Positions 28,581 to 38,500 of a DNA stretch of 64,000 bases are shown one piece after another. Made by a program: the position numbers and the translations under genes. Within the stretch, counting starts at the first letter, position 1. Each line of letters begins with the position of its first letter. The notes beneath the pieces are model-generated. The model did not search any database. It saw only the letters and a list, made by a program, of their open reading frames with translations, and was not told the DNA's origin. The stretch spans positions 2,914-66,913 of the forward strand of contig JAZKAJ010000006.1 in the NCBI GenBank assembly GCA_040389185.1, in the 5' to 3' direction. Origin of the DNA: Patescibacteria group bacterium (lineage in GTDB: Bacteria; Patescibacteriota; Minisyncoccia; Phycocordibacterales; CAIRYW01).

Positions 28581-29762
28581 CTATTTATTCTTATTGGAAG
28601 ATAATTTCTTTTTTAGATACCTTGCTATCAAGAAAACAATAAGGAGATAGAGAATAATGTAAATCCAGTTAATGAGACCAAGTGACTGGCGAGTGTACTG
28701 TTCACCTGTAGGAATGATATCTAATCTTTTGTTTGATTTGAATATTCCAAAACGAGTAAGATGATCAACTGTAATAAACACTTTACCATCTTTAAATACA
28801 GCATCAGGAATGAGTGCCCAATGAATATTTCGCTCATTAGATTCATCAAGATAATATGCTCCCAAAAACTTTTCATCTTTTAGTTCTTGTGGAATATCGA
28901 TCGTAATTGTGATTGGCTTATTTAGATGATGAACTTCATTTCCATTTTGATCTTTTGCAACTATGTTAAAGATCGAACCACCTACAAGAAATGTACCGAT
29001 GCTTAATGTTGGAGTGGTTCGGTCTGATAGAGATTCTGGAGTTATAGTGATTGTGATATCACCATCGAAAGTCCCAGTAGGAATATCAACCGAAATCTTT
29101 TTACCATCTGGTGAGGTTGCAACAATTTGTTTACTCTCTCCTTGCTTGATTATTTCTGTAGTTGAATTTTTTTTCGAGTCTGTACCTGCATTGTTTATTT
29201 GAGGGGTATTAGATTTAGTATCATTTTGATTTGATTCATTACCTGAAGTATTCACATTATTGCTCAACGAACCTGACAGATTGTTTGTTAATGGTGGCGT
29301 TTGCCTATTTGAAAGAGGTCTCCAATCTGTTATCACATTACAATGATCACAATCAAAAGATACTCTTCCTACCGCACTTCCCTCTGTCCCTCCGGTACCC
29401 GTAAATTTTCCTGAACTATTTATAGTTACTCCGTCCATTGAAAGCCATCCGAGTCCCGCGACCCAGGCAGAACCTGACAAATGACCTTCCTTTGTGTTTA
29501 GAACACCTTGGTCCGAATTGGTTGGTGAAAAATTGATCCATCCAAGCACAGCACTCCAGGCATAGCCTGTAATTGCGGTATCGGAAATATGAAGTCCTGA
29601 ATATTCAGAATTTGTTTCTGGGGCAAAGTTGATCCAACCCATATTTTCGCCCCATGCATACTTTGAACCGCTTTGGATTGTCCCATTCGTTTCCGATGCA
29701 AAGACCGTCGTTATAGTGAAAGCAAGATATACAAAGAAGAGAAATGTAAATAATCTTCTCAT
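28581..29762 (-). CDS. secreted/surface protein with three Trp-rich GW(I)NF repeats and a C-terminal TM anchor
   Basis: Signal peptide MRRLFTFLFFVYLAFTITTVFA. Repeats YAWGENMGWINF / YAWSAVLGWINF / SAWVAGLGWLSM. An N/S/T-rich linker, then C-terminal INWIYIILYLLIVFLIARYLKKK. Confidence 0.55.
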   Translation of the reverse strand: MRRLFTFLFFVYLAFTITTVFASETNGTIQSGSKYAWGENMGWINFAPETNSEYSGLHISDTAITGYAWSAVLGWINFSPTNSDQGVLNTKEGHLSGSAWVAGLGWLSMDGVTINSSGKFTGTGGTEGSAVGRVSFDCDHCNVITDWRPLSNRQTPPLTNNLSGSLSNNVNTSGNESNQNDTKSNTPQINNAGTDSKKNSTTEIIKQGESKQIVATSPDGKKISVDIPTGTFDGDITITITPESLSDRTTPTLSIGTFLVGGSIFNIVAKDQNGNEVHHLNKPITITIDIPQELKDEKFLGAYYLDESNERNIHWALIPDAVFKDGKVFITVDHLTRFGIFKSNKRLDIIPTGEQYTRQSLGLINWIYIILYLLIVFLIARYLKKKLSSNKNK

Positions 29763-29768
29763 TGTAAT

Positions 29769-30332
29769 TTATTTTGCCTTACTTGTCGTCGCAGTTGCTT
29801 TGGGAGTAGGCTTAGTCTGAACTTTAGTATCTGCTGATGCACCAAGCGCACTTCCAGGAGCGGAAGAAAGGGGTCCAATATTTATGATTTTATTGATTGA
29901 TGGTCGATAAAGTACCGCTCGCATAGCAGCGGGAAAGATAACAACATCATCACCATTTTGTGCATCATTAAAAAATGATTGATCTTTGAGCTTTGTAATA
30001 TCAGAAACAGTAGCGAGCACCGCATTTGGATCATTTGGTACTACAGCTAGCTCTGAAATTTGTTTGATGACCTCTGCAGTCTTTTCTTTGGCAACAGCAT
30101 TTGGATCTTTGGTTAGTTTTTTATATTGCAAAAAATAATAAACCAAGCCGAGAGCTAAGGCAATAAAGAGAAGTATAAGTAAGTTTTTCTTTGTAACGAG
30201 TTTTTTTATTTTTTGCATTTTGCTGGTTTTGTTATTTGTTAAAACAATTTCTTCGTTATCAATGTTCATCCCCCCTGTTGGCACACCCCTACTTCGAGTA
30301 CGAACTAATTTAGGTTTTTCTTTATTTTCCAT
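29769..30332 (-). CDS. hypothetical single-pass (N-in) membrane protein
   Basis: About 55-aa basic cytoplasmic N-terminus, TM helix LLILLFIALALGLVYYF, then about 110 aa outside the cell ending in a T/A/K-rich tail. Confidence 0.45.
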   Translation of the reverse strand: MENKEKPKLVRTRSRGVPTGGMNIDNEEIVLTNNKTSKMQKIKKLVTKKNLLILLFIALALGLVYYFLQYKKLTKDPNAVAKEKTAEVIKQISELAVVPNDPNAVLATVSDITKLKDQSFFNDAQNGDDVVIFPAAMRAVLYRPSINKIINIGPLSSAPGSALGASADTKVQTKPTPKATATTSKAK

Positions 30333-30389
30333 TTAAATATTATATCTAAAGTAAAGCTATTTTCATAGTGTAAAAGTATCGCAAAAGAT

Positions 30390-32504
30390 TTATTTGCCCA
30401 TCAAATATAATTGTTTGATCTGGTCTGAAGTAAGTGCGGTTGTATAGGCACGAACATCATCAATCTCGCCGTCAAAAAAATCTCCGAAACCGCCCCACAC
30501 ATTACATCCAATACTAAATGTGTCAGGATTATCAGTGACATAATTACCGACACTTGCATTTGTTTGAGAAACATTCTGTCCATTAATATATAAAATCTGT
30601 TTTGAACCGTCCCCGACAAAAGCAACATGACTCCATTTATTAAGTGGTGCAGCATCAGCATCAAATAAAATGTTCCCACTCGATTGTGTCCAACCTGCAA
30701 TATTATTACTGCCGTCAAATCCAAATTCAATAGTATCATTCTGTCCAAAAAAACTAGTATGATCATAATTACGTGGGTAAATCCAGCCAGCAATAGTAAA
30801 TGCAGTTGGATTATTAAAGATCACGGCGCTTGTTGTAATACACTGATTACCTGTATTAAAATCAAACGCCTGTCCGATAACTCCAGGTGCGACAGAATTT
30901 TTTTGATCTGCACCAGAAAGGGTCCCGTCATTATTTTCCCCGCTTCTGTCATAAATATCAGCCTCACTACCATTTATCCAATGTGTATCCTTACCATCAA
31001 ACGACCAGAGTCCCTGAAGTCCGTCTGTTATCCGAGAATTTCGTGAATCATTTATTGTTGTATTTCCTCCTGAATGATACAGATTGTTAATCTCATTTGC
31101 TGATAATACACGATCATAGACCCTCACTTCATCAAGATCGCCGTTCCAATAATATGCACTATCAAATCCAAAACCAATACGAGCACTCCCGTTTGCATTG
31201 AGACTTAGAGTTGAACCCGTTCCTCCACCACTTAATACTCCATTAACATATAATTTTATTTCGCCACTTGTTTTTTCACGCGTCACACATCCAGATACCC
31301 ACGAACCAGTATTAACAGTTGCAGTGCTACTAAATGTATAATCTCCTATATTTGAATTACCATCGCCAAACACAAGCTTGCCATTTGAGTCTACCCCAAA
31401 CCCAAAATCATTTGTGACACCGCCCACTTCTGTATCGAGGATTGCCATGCTCTGCCAATGATTAGTACCCGATCCAACAGAAGTAGTTTTGAACCATGAA
31501 CAAATAGTAAAGTCATCAGTCGCAGGTCGTGAAATATCTATATATTGATTGGCGCCATTAAATTCAAATGCTTTACCTATCTTTCCATCCACCGAACCAG
31601 GAGAATTGGATGATGTGCCATTATTTCCTCCGCCACTCACATCATCTACAGTGCTGCCTGAAATTGTGTCTGGTTCAAAAGACCACCAGCCCGTAAGACC
31701 GTCTTTGGTAGGTGAAGTCAGAATTGTTGCAACACTATCAGTATTGCTCGAACGGAGTGCCCTCACTTGACCTGCTGAAAGCGCGCGATTATATACTCGC
31801 ACATCATCAATTGAACCTGAAAAAAATCCAGTATCAGCAGTACAACTCGCTCCTCGCGCAAGTTGTACATAAATAGAATTACCCGCTGCCGCAAAAGTAG
31901 GCTGTGCTGTTGTCGCTTTTAAAACTCCATCAACATACAGCTTAAGTCCCTCTGTGGAATTCCAAGTGGTGACCACATGATGCCAAATATTAGTTGTGGG
32001 TGTATCCTGCTCAGTCGCATATTTTGCAGATCCATCAAAAGAAATTGCAGAAAATTTTCCATCTGTGACAGCAAGAAATGGGATACACCAACCCAAGCCG
32101 TTTTCACTATTTGAGATATGAACAATATTTCCATTTGTTTCTCCGGGGTCTATCTTTGCCCAAGCAGAAATGGTATACGGAGCATCGGCAATACCTAAAC
32201 TTTCGATACTAGAATTGCTTTCGGCATATTGGTCATTTCCATCAAAGGAAAGTGCTTCACCAAACCTTCCTGGTTCAATCCATGAAGGAGGGGTTGCGCC
32301 GTAAAGAGTTCCCGAAACACTATTTCCAGAATTGTCAGCAAGTGTTGTGCCCGTTCCCTCATCAAGTTTCCAATTAAGCATTAATCCTCTATTTGCAGTT
32401 CCCAAAATTTTAACCGCACCATATGCCGAAAGACCGATAAGTAAAAGTGCGACAATAATCGGAATTGGAGTGATTTTTTTTCTCATTGATATTTTATTCT
32501 GCAC
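30390..32504 (-). CDS. secreted protein with three tandem concanavalin-A-like lectin/glucanase (LamG_3) domains
   Basis: Signal/anchor helix PIPIIVALLLIGLSAYGAV. Three repeats, each ending in the LamG_3 signature (FSGSIDDVRVYNRALSAGQV; WNGDLDEVRVYDRVLSANEI; FDGEIDDVRAYTTALTSDQI). Confidence 0.8.
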   Translation of the reverse strand: MQNKISMRKKITPIPIIVALLLIGLSAYGAVKILGTANRGLMLNWKLDEGTGTTLADNSGNSVSGTLYGATPPSWIEPGRFGEALSFDGNDQYAESNSSIESLGIADAPYTISAWAKIDPGETNGNIVHISNSENGLGWCIPFLAVTDGKFSAISFDGSAKYATEQDTPTTNIWHHVVTTWNSTEGLKLYVDGVLKATTAQPTFAAAGNSIYVQLARGASCTADTGFFSGSIDDVRVYNRALSAGQVRALRSSNTDSVATILTSPTKDGLTGWWSFEPDTISGSTVDDVSGGGNNGTSSNSPGSVDGKIGKAFEFNGANQYIDISRPATDDFTICSWFKTTSVGSGTNHWQSMAILDTEVGGVTNDFGFGVDSNGKLVFGDGNSNIGDYTFSSTATVNTGSWVSGCVTREKTSGEIKLYVNGVLSGGGTGSTLSLNANGSARIGFGFDSAYYWNGDLDEVRVYDRVLSANEINNLYHSGGNTTINDSRNSRITDGLQGLWSFDGKDTHWINGSEADIYDRSGENNDGTLSGADQKNSVAPGVIGQAFDFNTGNQCITTSAVIFNNPTAFTIAGWIYPRNYDHTSFFGQNDTIEFGFDGSNNIAGWTQSSGNILFDADAAPLNKWSHVAFVGDGSKQILYINGQNVSQTNASVGNYVTDNPDTFSIGCNVWGGFGDFFDGEIDDVRAYTTALTSDQIKQLYLMGK

Positions 32505-35500
32505 TAGGCTCTGGCACTTGAGATGATGGATCAGGTGTTAATTGTTCAGGATTAGGTGCCGGATCTTCGATTGGAGTTGGATCAGGTGTTGGCGCGTTTT
32601 CAGTTGGCTCTACGACCTCAGATGTTGTAGACCCTTCGTCTAAAGAGTTTACATCTTGATTTGAAGATCCACTATCTGATTCAGATGATGAATTTTCATC
32701 TGGTATAGAAATCATGTCTGGAGTAGTCGATGCATCATTCTTTGGTACAGGTGTTACACCTGCAGAATGAACCATTTGAATGAATTCTGCTTCAGTCACA
32801 CAAGTATCTCCAACACAAAGCTTATGGGTTGTAAATTGATCCGTAAATCCTGAAAGTTTGTCAGCAATTTCTTTGACCGCTTTTACAAGAATTGCAGTTA
32901 TCTTCTCATATCGCACTCCATGAACTGTCGTTCCATCTGCTTCAAGAGTTACAAGTCTTGGATCAACCGCATTTACTTCTTCCGCAATAAATCCAAGCTG
33001 TTCACCGCTGTAATTTGGGTTTGATTGAAGTGCACCATTGAATTCTGGCTTATAGAAGAATGAAACGGGATTCAATTTCATAAGTTCAGTCAAACCAGAA
33101 TCATCGGTCAATGAATTTATATTATCCTTAAATCGAAGAGATGAAGAACTACAATCACTGTTTGATCCAACAACTAATTCTCCGCTTGAATTGATACAGA
33201 GATATGAAAGCTGACCTTCATCTGATACTGGCAAGTTTTCCATTCGAACACCTGTATTTTCAATCCCTCCTTCTCCATCATCTTCGCCATGGACTGTGAG
33301 AATTGAAAGTCCTGCGATTGATGCCGTGTATGATTCGACTGTTCCTTGTGATGCATCACCAGAAATTGGAAGGTCAACCCACGATACTGCGCCCGCATCT
33401 TCAGCAAATGTGAGAGCCCCCATAGAAAGATTATCTATACTTGTTACTCCTGTTGTACTGTTATAAAGGAATGATCCGTTACCTATTGAGACATCACCAG
33501 TATTGTAGGCAATCCCTCCATCAAAATCCGTCCATTGACTACCTGTGAAGAGCTGTCCGTGCTGATAAAGATTGCCGCCGAAGTTAATATCTCCGTTTAC
33601 ACCACCTGTAAAATCAGTCAGTGTAATATTTGCTGAATGATGAGTAGGGTGTATTTGAGGATTATTCTCATCATCAGGAAGAATATTCCATACATTACCC
33701 GAAGCGCCAGCACTGAGCTGTTCAATAATAATATTATTACCAACTCTAGTCGCGCTAAAATATCCACCATTATTAATAACATTTACAGTTGTATTAATAG
33801 TTTCAGAAAGTGTGTCCCCGATTGGTATTGGATATGCTCCTGAATTGGTGTCATTATCATCAAATTCATAAGCATGCATGCTATTTTGACTATCAAAAAG
33901 AAGGAACGCATCTCCATCTATTACTTCACCAATTGTAAGTGTTGCTGTTGCTTTAATTGCTCCAACATCAAGATTAAAAGCCGGATCGTTTGTGCCGATG
34001 CCAACATTGCCACCATTAAATAGTGCGGAATAATTTTTTGGAGCATTGAGCACTACTATACCGTTATCACCATCAGCCACAAACAAAACATCCTTGTATG
34101 CTGCGACCGCATATGAATCTCCATCAGTTGTTCCGTAACCAATAGTTATAGGATTATGAGGGTATGAAATATTTATCGCATAGACACTGTCTTCCGCACC
34201 ATCAGCAACATAAGCAATATTTCCAGAAATAGTGATTCTTGTATTGTAGCGCCAGTCACCAATAGAAGTGCTACCAACTTTAACCAAATTTTCTGGATCG
34301 GACGCATCAAATACAACAAACCCTTCTCCATCATCAGTATCACGGGTGGCATAGACATAATTTCCTTTTGTTGCAATACCGCCATCAAAATAATCTGCTT
34401 CGGAAGGGTATAATGACATTTGTTCAAAATCAGTTGGATCAGTAATATCTACTACCTCGATTTCAGTGTCTTCCTCTAGATATGCGTAGTGTCCATTATC
34501 TGAAATTGCGATTCGGTAAGCACTATCATCTGCTTGATAAGGTTCAGAGAAAAACACTGGATCACCCGAATGTCCATGACTGATAGCAGATACATTGAGA
34601 GCATAGAAATAACCGTTATTATCTGTCACGTACACTATTCCATTTTTAACTTGAATATCTTCAATTTGTGCAGGACCTTCGTCAGATACACCAAGTAGTA
34701 TTGGAGTCTGTGAGGTGTCATTCACATCAAGAACATAAACAGAATTCCCAGCCGCAACATAAGCAATATCACCCACAACACGAACGGCAGTTGGTGTTAC
34801 GTTATCTCCTTGGAAATCATAGTAGGTGAGAAGTGTCTCATCTACGGGATCGGTAATATCAAAAATATCGAGATGGTAACCATCGACAGAATAGAGTTTG
34901 TTGCCAGATACCACAAGATCCATAACCCCAGTTTGTACATCGTGATATCGAGTGATCTGTGAAAATCCAACACCTGCACTTCCACCAACAACATCGAGTC
35001 CAGCATGCGGTGTATTGGTACCTATACCTACATTGCCGTTAGTATAATCAATTCCATCTTCATTTGTATTCCACTTCGAATCACCACCGGCAATATCAAT
35101 CCATTCACCTTCATTATCAGTAGTATAGTACTGCATCGTCTTCGTATCTGTATTGAAAATAATTTGATTGTTGGTCGGAGATTCTATATTATCACGCTCC
35201 ATCGTAGTAAATGATTGCATATCACCTCCCGTACAGTTACCGAGATTTTGCATACAAACAGTATCAATGCCGCCCATTAGTGATTCAAGTGATGGCAATT
35301 GGTAGCCATAGTGCGCATCATCATCGCCAGATAGGAAAAAAGATGCGGATTCAGTATGTCCAGGATCACTCGTTGTGAATTTGATTCCTGTTGCATCTGT
35401 AATTTCACCCACATCAGCACCAATAGAAACAGAGACTGGTGCATTCGAAGCCATTATCGTAAGTCCAGGCGCAGTTCCCGTCTCTTCAGATCTCATGAGT

Positions 35501-38500
35501 GAGACATTACTGATAGATCCAGAAAAGGCACCTCCTATTGGCATGAACTCAACAGTAAACGAATCGGCAGACCCATTAAGAGTTGAAGAGAAGCTAACAT
35601 CCCCATTACCTGCTGAATAAGTATTACAGGTGTCTTCTGAAACACTTCCAATGCATGCTTCTATCTCACCCTCACCTTCACCTATGGTAAAGCTGAGTCT
35701 ATACTCTCCCGCATCGAGACCATCACCTTGAGAAAGATTTGAGCTCTCTCCCACTTCTGTATGAAAGGTCGCAACCGCACCACTTCCAGATGTTGCAGTA
35801 AGACTGTACCCTGCTCCGTCAGTGTATCCATCACCCGCTGTAAGAATGGTGTTGCCATTGAATCCTCGTATCGCACCTGAAGGAACATCCTGAGACAAAT
35901 AGCCACCACTTCCTGTACCCCCTGAAACAACTTCATTCATATCACTACCGAAACTTGCTGTATTTGAAATAATCGATATCCCAACAATTGCACCATCTCC
36001 ATCTACAGAATCAACACTCAAAGTTGCGTCTCCATTAAATCCGGATACAGTAATCGTATCCCCTTCGGTATATCCGGAACCGGCAGTCGAAACACTGAAG
36101 CTATCCGGCACCCCACTAACAGAAAGAATCTCCATTGTTGCATCTCCATTTCCACCGTCAACATGCACAATTTCATCTGGAACATATCCTGAACCACCAT
36201 CTGTCAATTCGATAAAACTAGTAATTGGGCCTGATGAATCAGTCGCCTCATCAGCCACAACATCATTGTCATCATAGGACCAGCCATCACCCAACATCCA
36301 ACCAACAGCGTTTCCATCAAATGATCCATTTGTGAGTTCTTCCACATTGACACTTTCTGAATTAGAAGTCTGCCGGATCGTCAAATTTGCATTACTCAAC
36401 TCGGTCGTGTTGATACCCACCTGACCTAAATGACCAAGTGTCATTGAAGTATGATCATCATCAGCACCAAAAACGAGATCACCGTCACTGTTTAAAAATA
36501 CCCCCATTTCTTTATCAGTTCCGGCCAAGTCATTTTGAAATGTAAGCCCCCACGGATTACTGTCAGTCGTATGAATATTCAAAAGTGATGGATACCCTCC
36601 CGCAAATTCTCCTGAACCATCACCAAAAATTTCAAGTGTAGATCCGGGAGTAGTGGTGCCAATTCCAACATTACCAGATAAAAAATTAATTCCACTTTCA
36701 TTACCGTTCCATGCTGAATCACCCGACCCGCTACCGAAATCGGTCCACTCATCACCATCACCACTATTTCTGAATTGCATTGTGCCATTGTTATTGCGAA
36801 TACCAAAACCACTCTCGCCGACAGCCGTGCCAAAATTGAAATAGCGTCTATGAAATTCATCATCAGTGCCACCAATGAGTACATCTCCTCCCGATGTTTT
36901 GAGGGCGAGCTCAGGATTTTGATCTGTACTCAAGGTAAGTGTATGAATCCCCCCATCACCTGCCGCAAGTATGATTGTACTTCCCGAAAGTGCTACTGCA
37001 TCTGAATCACTTTCACTGTTGTAATTGGCAAGTTGCGTTATATTTGCCGGATCGCTCACATCAAAAATGTAGAGACTATCTGGAGCTCCATCAGCAACAT
37101 ACGCATAATTATTTTTAATCACAACAGATCCGTTATAGCGATAAGATCCAATATTCGCATATCCTGCAAGAGTAATGTTTCCATGATTAATACTATATAC
37201 AACAAAACTTTGCGTTGCATCATTCACATCATTTGTCGTATAGAGATAGCTACCAGAAATTGCAGGGCGCCCTGTCAGATTACCGTCGAGCGCAAAATCT
37301 GTAATGAAAGTTACGCTGTGGTTGGAGCCGATAGCGTATGAAAAAATATCTGACCCTGATGTTACATATGCATAACCGTCATCAGAGAGTGCAATACCTT
37401 GCGCAGATGCTTCGCTTTGACTCAGATCAACGACTGTAACCGGGGCATCAATTGTAGAAATATCGATATCAACAAATCCTTCATTGGTTGCCGCATATAG
37501 ATCATTTCCCTTTACAGCAATATCATTCACATTAAAATTACCGTGCCATACAGCAAGAGAAATAGGGTCCGATGCGTCCTCGAGGCTAAATATTTCGATA
37601 TCAGTTCCCTCAGCAGCAAACAGGTAATCCCCATTACTCGATATTGAAAGACGGCTCGCTCCATCACTCGTAGGAGCGACGGAGCTTACAGCGGTCAAAT
37701 TGCTCGGGTCACCAATACTTGTGATATCTATAGAATTTCCACCATTGCCGATTGAATACGCATAATTACCAAGCATGACAACATCCTTTGTATCACCAAG
37801 ATCAGACTTAGTACCTAAAAGCTCAAGCGCGAGCGCTCCTCCAGTACTCGCATTGACGGAAAGTTTTGCATCATTTGAAGTGCTACCTATACCCACAAGA
37901 CCTTGTGGTAAAAAGTTTATTCCCGATCCGACATCTGTCCATTGTGATGAAGTAATACCCTCGGTACAATTGCCGAGATATTTCATACAAAATGTATCGT
38001 TGCCGTCATCCACTGTTAAAAGAGAGGGTAAGACATACTCATATCGAGAATTATTATCATCTGGAAGATAGAGTGATGCTGCGTGAGAATTTCCACTACT
38101 ATCGATTGTTTTTATTAAAAAACCATGCTGACCTTCTTCACTGTTACCTTCTTCATTATCTATCCCCAAAGAAAGAGATGTACGATCGTTTGGAGCAAGG
38201 AATGTTAACCCTTGGACTTCTCGACTCATAACCGAAACATTATCAATTGTTCCATCAAAATCATTTGATGGACTAAAACTTATTTTTTGATTATCGTTTT
38301 TATGCCATTGACCACTGAAAGATACATCACCTTCCCCAGCATCAATTGTTTCGCAATGCCCGCCACCGAGACACACAAAAACACTCCCGTTTGAACCAGT
38401 GATAGTAAATGAAACATCATATGTAGCCCCCTCATTCAAATCACCTGTCTGATAAAGTGTTTTATTAACATCCTCATCATAATCAGCAGGAGCAAAGACT

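Noticed and set aside
30401-30793. 130-aa minus-strand ORF overlapping the 3' part of the LamG-domain gene in another frame
   Set aside because: Low-complexity Met/Leu-rich translation with no motif. The overlapped frame encodes a clean LamG_3 domain.
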